Origin: Chlorokybus atmophyticus
Taxonomy: Eukaryota > Plantae > Mesostigma and Chlorokybus algae
Assembly: GCA_009103225.1 (NCBI GenBank)
Contig: RHPI01002264.1
Coordinates: forward strand, 269,727-333,726
DNA: 64,000 bases
Direction of reading: 5' to 3'
The notes beneath the pieces are model-generated. The model made no database searches and was not told the origin of the DNA. It worked only from the letters and a program-made list of their open reading frames with translations. This document shows positions 37,330 to 50,749 of the stretch, piece by piece; position 1 is the stretch's first letter, and each line of letters opens with the position of its first letter. The position numbers and the translations under genes are program-made.

Positions 37330-38650
37330 TGGGCAAGTCTTCAGTCTACGTGATGGATATAGACCTCATCGATGAAGAGCCAGTCTTCAGGCGACAGTAC
37401 AAGCTCTCCAAACTTGAGGAAGACTTGATCGAACAACGTTGCCAAGCATTGGCAGAAGCAGGCCTCATTGATGAGTCCACCTCTGATTTCGCCGCTGCCA
37501 CGGTCAAGCCACTCAATAAAGATGCTGACGGCAACTAGACAGAGAGGCGTATGTGTGGATGCAATCGCCCACTCAACAACAAGACCAAGCAGGACCGCTG
37601 TCCGATGCCCAAAGCTGAAGGCATCTTGACGACGTCGGTTCTTGCACCATCTTTAGCATCCTCAACATGCGGCAAGGATACGACCAGATCGAGATCAAGG
37701 CTGAGGACAAACACAAGACCTCATTCTGGGGCAACCGTCAATTGTACAAGTGGAAGGTCATGCCTTTTTGACGAAAGAACGCACTCGCCAAGTTCCAGAG
37801 AGTCATGGACAAGAAACTCAATGGCTGTGACCTCGCCCGTTGCTATATCGATGACATCATTATCTTCAGCCACACACCGGAGGAGCACCTGCTCCACATT
37901 GAGGAGGTGTTACGTAGAGTCAAGACAGTCAGCATGACTTTGCACCCCAACAAGTGCACCTTCTTCACCAACAAGGTGCCATACTTGGGCCACATGATCG
38001 TGCCCAACGGTGTACACATTCAGCAGGCCAAAGTTGAAGCGCTTGTGGCCATTCCTGCCCCCACCAACCTCACACAGCTACGCGCCTTCCTCGGGCTAGC
38101 TAACTACTACCGACGGTTTGTACAAGCCTTCTTAAAAACCGCGCGTCCTCTCAACAAGCTGCTGGAAAAAGAAGCAGAATGGGAGTGGAAGGACACTCAC
38201 CAGCATGCCTTCCAAGAGCTGAAACAGAGGCTCACCACGGCCCCCATCTCGCAACGGCCACACTACAACAAGTCCTTCATCTTGCATACAGACTGGAGCA
38301 AGCTTGGCATGGGAGCTGTGCTCGTTCAGCACGACAACAACAAGAAGGAGAGAGTTGTCTCTTACGCCAGCCGCAGCAATAACGCTGCCAAGGCCAACTA
38401 CAGTAGCTACGAGGGCAAGTGCCTTGGCGCTGTGTGGGCCATCTCCATTTTCAGGCCATTCCTGTTTGGACGACAGTTTAAACTCATCACCGATCATTAG
38501 CCTCTGCGCTGGCTGATAAGCAACCAACACTCGACCGGCAAGCTGGCTCGTTGGGCGCTCCTTCTCCAGGAGTACGACTTCGAGATTTAGCATCGAGCAG
38601 GCCTCGCCAATCACGATGCCGACGGCCTCAGCCGCAATCCTCACCTCTCC
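37330..38650 (+). pseudogene. Reverse transcriptase and RNase H of the DNMT-Gypsy element
   Basis: PVFRRQYKLS, CYIDDIIIFS, KCTFFTNKVPYLGH, LRAFLGLANYYRRF, FILHTDWSKLGMGAVL and FKLITDH. Confidence 0.92.
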
Positions 38651-38999
38651 ACCCACGACACCACCGGAGCTTGCCACGAGTTGACATCCTCAGCTTCTCC
38701 ACCAGGAGTAGGCACCATGTTTGCTGTAGCAGCACTGCGTTCGGGCCGCACCACAGCCACAACGAACACAGCATCACTGCATTTGGGCCACGCCACGGCC
38801 ATAACGAATATGTCACCATCTTCGGACAATGAAGACCCAAACATGCCTGCTCTGAAGCCAGCACCCGACGTCTCCGATGAGGGGGGTGTCGACGACATCG
38901 AGTTGCCGCCCACCGACCTCCGTCATGAAACCTGGCTGGACACCCACTCCCTAGCCTTCCTGCAACAAGGGCACATGCCTGCAGCCTCGGCGCGAGGGA

Positions 39000-40360
39000 G
39001 CACAACCGCATTAGCCAACGCACACAGTACTACCATTGGACAGACGACCACCTACTACGACGCATCCGCATCGAAGATAAGGAGGTCCCTGCTCCCCATC
39101 TACGAGAGGGCATCATCCCCGCTCTCTATACCGAGCTGGGACACTTCGGTGTCAAGCGCACCTTTAGCTTGGTACGCGCACGTTACTGGTGGCACGGCAT
39201 GTACACACAAGTGCGTGCCTACGTAGGCACTTGCTTGCACTGTGACGTCGTACGCGCCAGCCTCAACACGCGCACCACCACCTTGCATGCACCGCCCATC
39301 ACTGGGATGTTCTATTGTTGGGGTCTCGACATCCTTAAGGACCTGGTCCCCTCCGCCCGCGGCAACAAGTACATCCTTAACATGATTGAGCACTTCTTAA
39401 ATTGGATCGAGCTGGTTCCTCTTCTCGACAAGAGCAGCAGAGGAGTCTCCAATGCTTTCCTCAAGAACGTCCTCAGTCGCTTTGGCTTCTGCGCTGAAGT
39501 GGTGACTGACCAGGGCACCGAAGTGTGTGGGGAGTTTGACGATCTCCTCAATCTCGCGTACATCGACCACCGGCGCACTTCACGAGACCACCCACAGACC
39601 ATTAAGAAGGCGCTGCGAAAGCACGCCATCGAGCACGAGAAGCGTACCTGGGATGATTACCTCCCCTGGCGGGCTTTAGGCTACCGCCTATCCAAGCAAG
39701 CCGCACTCAACAAGTACAGCCCTGACCAACCGCTGTTTAGCCGCGAGCCACTTCTCCCTTTCCGCGCACAGCAAGAAGCTGCACGGGTGCTGGACAACCT
39801 TGAGGACCCAGCCCTCATGTAGTACAACATGAAAGCCCGCGCCAACCTCTTCTATCACCTAGTCCCCATGGCCATGAGCAACTTGCGCATTGCTCAGCAC
39901 CGCGACACCCTGCACTACGCGTCCGCAGCGGCTTCTACAAACAGCGCAATCGGCGCTTCGAAGCAGGTGACTTTGTATATCGCATGACCCGCACACAGAA
40001 CACCATGAAACATCAGCGTCTAGCGCGTCATCTACAAAGTCTTGAAAGTATATCCCTCGGGAATCCTTAATCTCCTCGGCAACGATGGCGAACGACTCAA
40101 GGACAACGTCACAAACTGCGCACCCTGTCACCTTCCACAAGTGGCAGGCTTCGACATCATCCGTCATCCACGCCCTCTCCGCATCAAGCCGTGTAAGCAG
40201 TGCGGTAGTGTGGATGACGACACCCTTTTTATGCTGTGCGACAGATGCAACAATGGCATGCACTCCTATTGCCTATACCCTCCTCTACAAAAGGTCCCCT
40301 TCGAAGCCTATTGGTGCGACGACTGCCGCACCCACGAACTACCAAACTCCCGATCAAACT
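39000..40360 (+). pseudogene. Integrase with C-terminal PHD finger
   Basis: ELGHFGVKRT..YWW..CLHC zinc-binding site, WGLDILK and VVTDQGTE. C-terminal CKQCGSVDDDTLFMLCDRCNNGMHSYCLYPPLQKVPFEAYWCDDC is a Cys4-His-Cys3 PHD at about 40190-40325. Confidence 0.88.
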
Positions 40361-40829
40361 GAGTCTTGTAGTAGGGACTTTCACAGGCCGTTGGGGGGGT
40401 GGCTTGTTGACTTACAGCTATCCGTAGCTGAGTATCATTACTCCCCGCGTTCTACCTCATCCTTGGCATCGTAGTCACCTCTTTCCATTGCACACTTCCA
40501 GCGGGGGGGTACTCTTTGCCTTCACCCAAGACTACAGTAGTGCGCAGACCATCACTGCCCTGTTTCCTCAGCCACAGCACAGTTCCTCTGCTGATGTTCG
40601 AGATGGTTCAGCGCTCCACCCCGCGCAACCCAACAGCATGCATAGATCTCGCTCCACAGGTTTGAGCAGGTCTGTAATATACGGGATGACCAGTTGCACA
40701 AACTTCTAATACTCCTCCGCCTTCCACCAGCCAAGCCTGCAAAGTCGTTGTATGATTGGTCACACGGAATGTTACCATAAACACATGTGTGCCAATAACA
40801 CGCTCATCTGACAATTCGTGCACATGCTC

Positions 40830-41480
40830 ATTTGCATCTTAAAACACCAACCCTTCTAGCCATAACGGGAATGACGTGCGCGACAAGATATGCGAGCTGC
40901 TGCATGTCGTGCAGCATGGCCACGGGGTTGTCGAGGTTGTCTAGCACGCGCTCCACCTTCATCTGTGCGCGGAACGTGCAGGGAGTAATGGCGCTTTGCC
41001 AAACAGCGGTTGATAAGGGCTGTACATGCGCAGGGAAACTTGCTCGGTTAGCCAATAGCCCAGTGCGATCCACGGGAGGAAGACATCCCAGGTGCGCTTC
41101 TCGTAGTTGATGATGTACTTGCGCAACGCCTTCATGTTGGTTTTAACAGTGCGTTCTGCAGTCCATCTACCTGCGATTGGTTGCGTGAGGTGCGACGGTG
41201 GTCGACGTAGGAGCGATCTAGCAAGGTGTCAACCTCGTAATAATCATGAGTGCCGCTACATATGTGGCAACATGTGTGTCCGGTCCATCGTCATGACGGG
41301 CCCCACTCTCATCTCTGGTGTTAGCAACAGGGTTCCTGCTCAGCCCATCGGCGTCCATGTTGGCCAACTCTACCTTATGTTCGATGACAAAGTCATACAC
41401 GCTTGTCACCAGTGCCAGCAATATCATTCTGAGAGTCAAAGAGGTGCGCGACAACGGCGTGCATCTTCTTGAGAGCAACG
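40830..41480 (-). mobile_element. Internally deleted fragment of the DNMT-Gypsy family (RNase H end and integrase C-terminal part), tail-to-tail with the full copy
   Basis: YDFVIEHKVELANMDADGLSRNP, KALRKYIINYEKRTWD and RVLDNLDNP match 38570-38640 and 39600-39810. Confidence 0.8.
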
Positions 41481-43682
41481 ATGCGAGGACGTGCACATAA
41501 CAGATGAAAATTGTGCTCTTTGTAATTTACCCAACATTGATGGGGCTGTGGACCTCAAAGCAGCTATTTGATGTGCCATATCCCGTCGTTGCCTGAAACG
41601 TCGTCCACCAGCTCGTCATGACCTCATGATGCTACACCTTCTCCACCTTCACATGTTGTAGCTTCCTTCATGCATGTGTGCTAGCTCAGGATTCTTAAAA
41701 AGCTGCCCCACTAGTGTATATACTCATACACATGATGCGACACTGACAACAAGCGCGTGTCTTAGCTAACCTAGACTCGAGCACGGGCTTTTATACGTGC
41801 AATTGACATGTGATGCACGAGGAGATGAGGCTAAGTCCGTTCACAAGGTGTGGCACACGCTCATACACTACACACAAGCATATCCAAGCATATGCACATT
41901 CAAGGGAAGGATACAACCACGGCAACGACCAACCAAGTCTTGAAGCCTCTCCAAGTAGTTGTATACTCCCAATAGAACAAGGGACTTGCGGTCGACTAGT
42001 TGCAACTCAAATCAAGTTCACTTACATACCCTCCTACCACACCTCTACAACCATTTTAACCACTTTAGCTGCCACAACTACCATACAACTCCCAAATCAG
42101 TCACAACCAGCGATTTTCAGTCAAATGTGAGTCCCACCAACGTAACTGAGATACACCTCAATGTGCTGACCGTAACTCAGCTCTAACTCTTGAAATATGA
42201 CCCCGAGCCTTCATAACCGACGCGTTGCGCCGCCGATACGTACGCACATGATATATTCCCGATGCTAGCCACAAATGCGAGGGTTGCGCACGCGCGGACG
42301 GGGAAGCAAGCATATTGCTGTGTGACAAATGTGTGGCCAATTGACACATATGGTGTCTGTCACTACCATTAAGCAAGATTTTCAAAGGAGATTGGATGTG
42401 TGAGGCTTGCAAGATGCAATTGGCCCACTCAGGGGAGTAAAGAGCCAACTGAAGGGGTAAGAGGAGCTCGCTGTCCTGGTCAACATTCATTTTTCACACT
42501 TGAGGCACAACCAGCTCCTCAACAGACAATGAGTGACATCTCCAATGCAAAGGGAGCACAAGTCCTACATACGCACATTGTACAGTTATACACAACCCCT
42601 GCACACAACCCCCCGAGGCCTATGCGAGCCTTATACATATGTACGAGAGCTACAGTTGCATGCAATGAAAAGGATCTGCTCTTACTAGCGCAAATCCACA
42701 GCACTCTTGTGCCTTGGGAGCGGGTTGGTCTGCCAATGCACGCTACTGCATCCGTGCTCATTACAATATGAGCGACCCCATGCGGGGCGTGCGTTTTTTC
42801 CCAACCTTGCTGCGCTCGAGGAGGACGCTTGCGCACGGGGCACCATTGTTGTACGGCGCCGCCCACTGAGACTATAGATTCTCAGATGGGACCTACACAA
42901 TCCCCCGGTTTACCTTTATGGTACCAATGTGGCACCTGGCGGCCATGGCGATGGAAGGGGGTCCAGAATGCAGAAGGTTAGGGGATGTTGTCGTCATTGT
43001 AGTTTTCCTCCTCCGGCGGCGCCTAGCTCACAGGGAGGTTGTAGCACAAGGGGTTGGCCTCCCCTACACTGGCTATGAGGCCTGCGCTTACGGCATTAGG
43101 GTCCGCTCTGCTTGGCCATGTATACCTCTTTGGCATTGCCGATGCACGGGTATCCGCCGCCGCCGCCGCCGCCGCCGTAATAGTCAGGCCAACTCACATG
43201 CCCAAGACTAAGGGCGTACTTAAGGCATTGTTCAATGCCATTATCTTCATGCCCGAGAAACAGAACCCGGAGCTCATCATACAGGTGGATATTGAGCACC
43301 AGCCCACACGACAGCTACCAGCCCGACACTGTCAACCAGTACCGTCGTTGATGTTGGTGGTTACCAATGTTGGTACTCACTAGTAGAGTACGGTCGAGTG
43401 AAGCGATCAAGTCCTCTAGCAGCTCGCAATTATTGGCAAACACGCACTCCGAGTCATGTTCACACAAACCCACATGCATATGCACCCGTTAGAACTTCAA
43501 ACAGCCACAATTGTAATTTCAATCAACCGCAGAGTCCAGCTGTATATACAATCTCAGTACTTGATAAACTGTAAGCTATCAACACCGGCCCGAAACTGCA
43601 TGAACTCCCTGCTACCACCGCCGGTGTGTGCAGATTCTCCAGCCCGCAGCACGCACACGACCTCTGCCTGTTCTCGCCAACA

Positions 43683-46600
43683 TCACAGACTCACCCCCCA
43701 CCCCCCCATCTCCTCCAGCCTGGCCACCACCTCCCTGGCGTCAGGCCGCGTCTCCGGCTCCTTGGCCACGCAGCGGACGGCCAGCCTCGCCACGCCAAAC
43801 GCCTGAGCCACGTCGCCATGCTCACGCAGATGCAGCTGAGGGTCCAACAGGGTGGCGAAGGGACCAGGACCCTCAGCGACCTTGGCCACAGCCTGCGTAT
43901 ATGCGTGCGAGCATTGGAGAGTGTGTGTGTGCGCGCGTGCACGTGCGCGCGTGATAATGACGTGCAACCAAGTGCTACTGTACGACATACACCTGGCAGC
44001 GTGCACGCCACGTGTTTGCAGCATCTGCTTGCATGTGGTGTGGAACAAGTTCTGAAGGTGAGCTGCGTGTGATCCATGTTTTTGTCTGTTTTTTCTCCCT
44101 ACCAGTCTCACGAGGCGCTGCTCCGCAGCAGGTTTGGTCATATCCAGAGGCTTGCGTGCGGTCAGTACCTCCAGCATCACCACACCAAAAGAGTACACGT
44201 CCGAGCTGGGGCGATAGATGCCGAACTCCACCACCTCGGGCGCAAGGTAGCTGTACGGTAGGACACAGAATTGTAATTTGGTGTGAAGGACTTTACATTT
44301 GGTTCCCATGTACACGTTGTGTATTGAGGACAATCTGAAGAGCATGTACCCATATGTGCCGGCAACGGCGGAGTGAGCGTGCGTCGCGTCGATCGGCACC
44401 TCGCGCACCAGACCAAAGTCTGTCACCTGTTGTACAATACACATGAGCACAACATGGTCATGATAATGTGTTGACGGTCCAACATTCACATGTGCAACAT
44501 GATGCCTTGGCTTGGTAGTTGGCGTCCAGCAGAATGTTGGCCGGCTTGATGTCCCTATGTACGAGTGGCTCCGGCAGCTCGTGGTGCAGATATGCCAGGC
44601 CCTTGGCGGCCCCAAATAATGCTCGCAGACGAAGCTCCCATGTAAACGTGGTGCCTGAGTGCACACCAGAGCAGAGTTAGGGTCAACTTTGCCCCAACTC
44701 CTACTAGAGTACTCACTACCCTCACTCACCTTGTTTGTAGATGTGTTGATCAAGCGGTCCATTGTCCAGGAGCTCCAGCACGAGTGCGCATTGCTCGTCC
44801 TCCCGGCAGTATCCGAGCATGCGCACGAGGTTGGGATGCTGCATTTTGGCCAGCACGGCCATCTCCGTCGCCAGCTCCCTGCTCATCACCACACCCGCAG
44901 AAGAAGAGAGGCGCTTGATGGCCACCCACGTGCCATCATGCAAGCGTCCACTGCATACGCAGACAAAACCTCGTCAAGTCAAGAGCCACAACAACAGTTG
45001 ATACACTTTCTAACGACTGCATGCGCGCGTGCGTGCATGTAGTGTTCACCTGTATACGTTTCCGAAGGCTCCGCTGCCGATGTGTCGCTGCGCGCTGAAC
45101 CACTGCGTCGCTTCCAGTATTTCCTGAAAGGAGAAGTGCCTGAGATGGCCAGCATCGCCTGCAGCTGAAGCAGTGCGCGACAGCTGCCGCATGGGCGGCC
45201 CATCGTGACCGCCAACACGAACAACAACAACGGCATCAGCTGGGAGCGACCCTGCTAAAAGAAAGACGCAGGGAGGGTGGGTTGGTACTGTGCGCGGTCA
45301 TCGCGCAACGGTTCGGCGTGCTTGCCAATCAGTCCATGTCCCTCGGGTTGGCATGCACTCACCTTTCCCGTGCCCGTAACCGTACGAAGCGCTCGCGTCC
45401 GTCGCAACACCATTGGTCGAGACGGTCTCCTCCCCGCGTACATACTTGGGGGAGCGGAAGGAGGCAGCTGCAGAGGCAGGAGGCGTGCGCATGCGTGTGC
45501 GGTTACGCGGCTTCCACCAGAAGCAGTACAGCAGTGCGGAAGCTGCGGCGATGCACACCACCACGACGAGTGGTACAACTACGGCCACTGCAACGGTTGC
45601 GCCACTGCTCCCTCCCCCCTCCTTTGAATTGTCAGGTTGTGCAGGGGCAGGGGTAGGAGCATCAGGTGCTGGGGTGGGTGGGAGGGGTGGGGGCACTGGT
45701 ACGGGTGCAGGGGCAACCGGTGCTGGGGTGGGTGGGAGGGGTGGGGGCACTGGTACGGGTGCAGGGGCAACCGGTGGTGGGGGGGGGTGAGGGGAGCTGC
45801 ACTGATACCCGGCAAAGCACACAGATGGTGAGCGCGCACAGACCGTACAGGCGCAAGCAGTAATGTCAGTCAGGTCAGGCAGGTGTTGATGCACACACAT
45901 GCATACTACGCACACCATGATATGGTAAGCATGCGCGTATGACTCACGTAACCCTAGTGGTACGTGACCGGTAAAGTGACAGTATGAAAGGAGGGCACTC
46001 ACATTCACAAACAGACCGGAACTCTCTGTCAGCTGTGTTAGTGCTGTCGATGTCGTTCCAGCCACCAGTACCCCACGAATTGAGTACCACCCATTTCTCA
46101 GAGTCATTACAGTGAGTGTTGTCGGGGAAAAACACCTTGCCATTGCCGGCAAAGTTGACGGCGGTCCAGTTGGTGTACACGAGTGCACTCCCGTCGGCGT
46201 ACTGCTGGAAATCGCACGCGCAGTCGCACGCGCGCCCCGTTGTCGCGCTGTCCCTTGCAGTCTGTGCGGAGCTTGCGCTGCGGTGGGTGGGTGGGAGGCA
46301 CGCAGCAAACATCATGTTGACGGCTGGACTTGCACAGACATGCTGCACCCTCGAGCTCGCTCACTGACTGGCAGCGCATGTAGGCATAGGACCCAATTCA
46401 AGTTGACCCACGCACATGCGTGCCTGTTCATCTCATGCAAGCATGACGCCATGAAAGACATCATCAACGTTACATCAATATGCTCCCACTCGCCAGCAGA
46501 GACTTCAACACCCTTGAACGGTCATGTCGATCATTACCATCGTGTGAGATGGAGTGCCAGTGTGTTCAACATGCATGGCGCAAAGTATGTTAGAACGTGT

Positions 46601-47688
46601 GTGCAAATTCTCTCACCTGCATGTTGGGCAGCTGGTGCAGGCGCATCTGTCGGTACAGGGACTGAAAGACAACATTAGCGTCAATTGCTGCACTTGCGAC
46701 TACTAACAATGATTATTCATCCGGTGTTGGTGATGATGAACGGTTGTGTTGGTCGTTTGCTGTTTGGTTGGCGGTTGGGAGTTTGGCCCGGGCTTGCTGG
46801 CTTTGTGTTTGTGACCCAGGCAATGCATGGTACTATCACCATTTCACAGTCAAGACTGTGAGTGTGGCTGGACAACATATCAAGATCATCTGTGACATGA
46901 AGCTGCATCCTCAAGCTGCAAAACGTACCCGCCAGCAGCACAGCTCCCAATCCGAGAGACTCCAATCCAAACTGTCTGCACCCAAGTACAGTATATTGTT
47001 GTGCGGATGCTTGGCAGCTGTGCATATGTGAATACATATGCAGCCTCATGATCAGAGCGTAAGTGATGCCATGCTTGCGACCAACCCCGAAGTCAATTGC
47101 AAGCATGTGGCTGCAAGCATGCGATCTTTGGGCCCAATACAAACTGAATACAATTGTACCCAAGCAAGGGACATGGTTGCCAGCTGAGCGTTTTCCTCGT
47201 CGCTGGTCGGGACGGCCAAGTTGGCGCTCTTATCCTTGCATGCCTGAGTGTGTGTCGGTGTGTGGCTGTGAGCTGAGTACGAGCGTCTGGGTGGGCAGGG
47301 CAGTACAGAGGGAACCAGAAAAGCGCTGACCTGGTCTGCATCTGCCTGAGACAATGACTGGGGATTGAACCAGTAGCATTTGCGACTGGATGTCGACAAG
47401 ATCCAGTCACTGGGGCAGTCTTGAGCTTGCACGCTGCGTTACGACACATTATCATGATGACAGATGCAAGATCAGTGCTATGCAGAACCCGGTGAACCTG
47501 GTGAACAGAAGCACACCACCGCACGGCTTCTCTTCCTGGTGTGTGTTTTCCAGCCAGTTGCTGAATGCATTGCACGCTGGTGACGGTGACTGCTCACACC
47601 TGGGCGTGGTGCTGAACGTCAGGAGGACTAGTAGCAGCGTCGCCGACACCGCGGCATGCTGCTTACGTGTGCACGGCACGCCAGCCAT
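43683..47688 (-). CDS. C-type lectin receptor-like kinase (RLK/Pelle, RD kinase)
   Basis: Signal-like [98 protein letters not shown] and VCE. The Pro-rich stalk has an 18-aa (54-nt) duplication. [29 protein letters not shown]. The kinase exons are nearly identical to 26550-28103. Confidence 0.88.
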
Positions 47689-47739
47689 ACGTCCACTCCT
47701 GCAAGGAACACCACGCAGTGCATGGTTATGATCAATGTG

Positions 47740-48560
47740 AGCCACTAGGATGTACCAGCGGGTCACAACCGCTGCTGTGGTGTTTGAGCCCAGGCCCCCA
47801 TGCATGTAGCAGCCCCGCAGGGACGACAGACTGACGTCAGACAGGTAAGCGCCGTTTGCAAACATGACAGAGCACAGGTGTGACCATCATTCACAGACCG
47901 CTCCTGCAGCTGCATGCCGCCCACGCCTCTCATCCTGCCGTGGTCCATGACGCCGCGGTCGCGCAAGCAGACTGCTAGCGTCACTTCGCACTCTGATACC
48001 TTTGAATATCTAATAGTAATATCTTATACATGTCTCAATGTGACGTAATCACTTGGTCACACTTGGCTTACTACGTCACTTTGGCCGCACTCCGCCGCCG
48101 TTCGATGCCACCGGCGTGAACGCTTCTTATTACATGCTATGCCGCGACCAGACAAAGGGACTGCGGCTGCACCGCGTAAGAGGCTCCTTCGACTTTTTAC
48201 CAAGAAAGACCCCATGCATGGGGGCGGCTGATCTCCATGACATCTCAGGGGACACTGATTCGGCAAGCGTGCGACGGTGCTGTGCGACAGCCTGTGACGT
48301 GACATGACACGCATGAGACGCGGCTTTTCAAGTTGCCGACGGCCGCTGCGTGTTGTGATTTTATCTCCAGCCAGCTGCCTCTAACGCCCACGACTCAGTA
48401 GGCCATCTGGACCGCACAACGGCAGCTTCAAATGACGCAGCGCTATTTCTGTCAACCTCCCAAACACAGGGTAGATTTGCTGACGACATAACTGAATTGA
48501 GGTTGATTACTAGTTGACTAAGTAGCGGTGCCTTGGAAATGTTACATCACATACACGTAA
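47740..48560. repeat. Segmental inverted duplication, partner of 56240-57115 (CTLD-RLK 5' region plus promoter module)
   Basis: For example CTCTGATACCTTTGA...GTGACGTAATCACTTGGTCAC.CTTGGCTTACTACGTCACTT is the reverse complement of about 56745-56830. Homology continues through the GACCGCACAACGGCAGC module. Confidence 0.85.
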
Positions 48561-49383
48561 TGAGGCTGCGCGTCACAATTGAAGCAGTACTTGATGTTGA
48601 GCTTGATTTCAAGCTAGCATATAGTGCTATTATGATTGAAACTGCACTGCCTCGGGTAATCAATTTTGATTAAGTTTATCTAATGATTACTTTTCCGAAG
48701 CCAATTGGATTAGGAGGCGCAGTCCGGTCAATTAACAATCGATGTCGATTGGTGGGGTAATCGCAGCGATTACTGCATGCAGCCCACTAATTAATTTTAA
48801 TTGTAAGGTCACAGATCCGGAGTGGAAGAAATTTGGATTATAGGAAGCTACCAGAAAGCGATACGTGCACTGCCTCAGCCTGATATCACATCAGCCTGAT
48901 GTACGTGTCAATCAGGGTGACGGACACCTACATATACTTAATTAGTATTACTGCCCGCCACTACTCCACCCATCAATGCATGTTGCACAAAACGCGAGTA
49001 GTAGCACCACCATATAGTATACTACCGAGCTACTGCTGGTAGCAGCCAGCCAGCAATGCAACGAAGCAACTCACGCGCTTTAACAACCAATCACATCTTG
49101 CATTGAGCAAAGCATGTTGGGCTATCTTGTTGCTTGCGCCTTTAAGCATCACGCGCCAACGTAAACGCAACCACTATACAACCACGTGCACTGCGCAGTG
49201 CCTAAGTTGCACTCAGTATCCCACATCAAATTGCAACTACCGCACACATGTACCAAGAGTCACCGGCCCTTTTATTGGGGATTGTGACATCAATTATAAA
49301 GCCCCTCCCCCCCCTCCGCCCCCTCCTTAGCGGGCATGCCAAGTTGTTGCTGACGCGGGTGTACACCCAAACTATCACGCACA

Positions 49384-50350
49384 TAAGGCTGGCAAAAGTC
49401 ATTTTTTGTTCCTTACTTATGTTAGTAAGAAGGGACTAGTGGGTTTTTCATGTCATAAGCGAGTGTAGTGCTTATGAGGTGTGCTCTCATGCGATCCGCT
49501 CTTGAACCTGTGCGGCCTTGAGTATACGTATAATAAACTACACAAGGCAGTGATGAGGGCTAGCACAGAGCTAGTCAATGCCTATGGCACGTGAGCCTTC
49601 GTTATCGTACTGTGAGTTGCCACAGGAAGTGGCAGTTGCAAGACAGTGAGCCAAGTTGGCAGTCCACAGGATGTGGACTATGGTAGTGCGATTTGCCACA
49701 GGTGTGACAGTCGCAAGGCAAGTGGTGCCTGCAGTTGTGGGCAATTCGCAAGTATATATGTACTATGAGCGCCTAAGTTTGTGATTCTGAGGTAGGTTTG
49801 TTATTTTCATGAGATTCAGAGGTGGTTTGATACTCCCGAGGTGGAGTTTGTTGGTTCCCATCGGTAATGTTGGGACAAGGTCAGCGCATAGTGAAAAGGC
49901 CTATGTGGCCTTGGACATCCTGCGTGCCAGGTCGGGACAACAGCATGTGGTATAAATGCTAAGTTGCATCCATGCGTAGGGATGGGATCAGTATTAATCA
50001 AGACATCAGAGTGTGTTCACCACTTGAGGGCCATTTGTGTGGGGTGCCTGGCTAGTAGCTGTTCAAGGGGCTCTCCCCCTCATTCCTTGTGGGGTGTGCG
50101 GTGGGGTGTATGAGTCTGGGTGAGTTGGGCGCGTATGTGCCTGGAGCTAAAGCTGACCAGCTCCAGAGCTGTGTGGAGAGGTTGGTGGTCATCCTCTCCT
50201 CCCTTTGTGCGCTGCTGCAACTTCCCCTGCACCGTGGTGCTGGTGAGACTTCCGATTTAAGTCCTTAGGGCTTGTGCGTAAGTTTGCCAAGCCCAGCAAG
50301 TAAGTAGTAGTATCTTTAAACAGACACGCCCATCATGGTACATGATGTAA
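49384..50350 (-). repeat. Dispersed repeat (longer copy of 12380-12903), possible decayed non-LTR element
   Basis: Colinear similarity to 12380-12903; the right boundary is approximate. Confidence 0.55.
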
Positions 50351-50749
50351 GGATCGTACCACGTGCTTGATGAATACTTGTTAAGTTCATCATGCGCAGC
50401 AAGCGGGTGGAAGCCTTTGCACATTTGTTGACATATTCAATCTTTTGTATTTAGGCCTGGTGTTGTTCCTTTTTAAACTCCGAAATAATGTGTTGAGTCA
50501 CATGTAGTTAGTGTTGCAGCACAATCTGTACACTTCACACATCCCTCCGATATGAGGTTCTGTCACCGACATGGCATGACACACTAATAATCAGCACATG
50601 TGCCCAATTGCACTTGGTATATATATATACCAGTCATTTGTTTACGCATGAACATAGAGTTTACATTAGCCAGTTGAGAGTCTTTAGAGTACAACTTAGC
50701 TGTACATCTAGAGTATCTGATCGCTCAGCCAGCAGAGTATCGTTATATC

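Larger units (their letters stand above)
31100..40530 (+). mobile_element. Decayed Ty3/Gypsy retrotransposon: gag - unknown region - PR - C5 DNA methyltransferase - RT - RNase H - integrase - PHD finger (boundaries approximate)
   Basis: Domain motifs appear in Gypsy order with many stops and frameshifts (see sub-features). LTRs and TSD were not recognised. Confidence 0.88.

Noticed and set aside
42900-43390. Short ORFs with a (GCC)n tract
   Set aside because: No recognisable domain or second copy in the window.
47990-48003. GGTATCAGAG (PBS-like) at about 47990 and 56820
   Set aside because: Lacks the leading TGG and an adjacent LTR end; it is part of the inverted segmental duplication.
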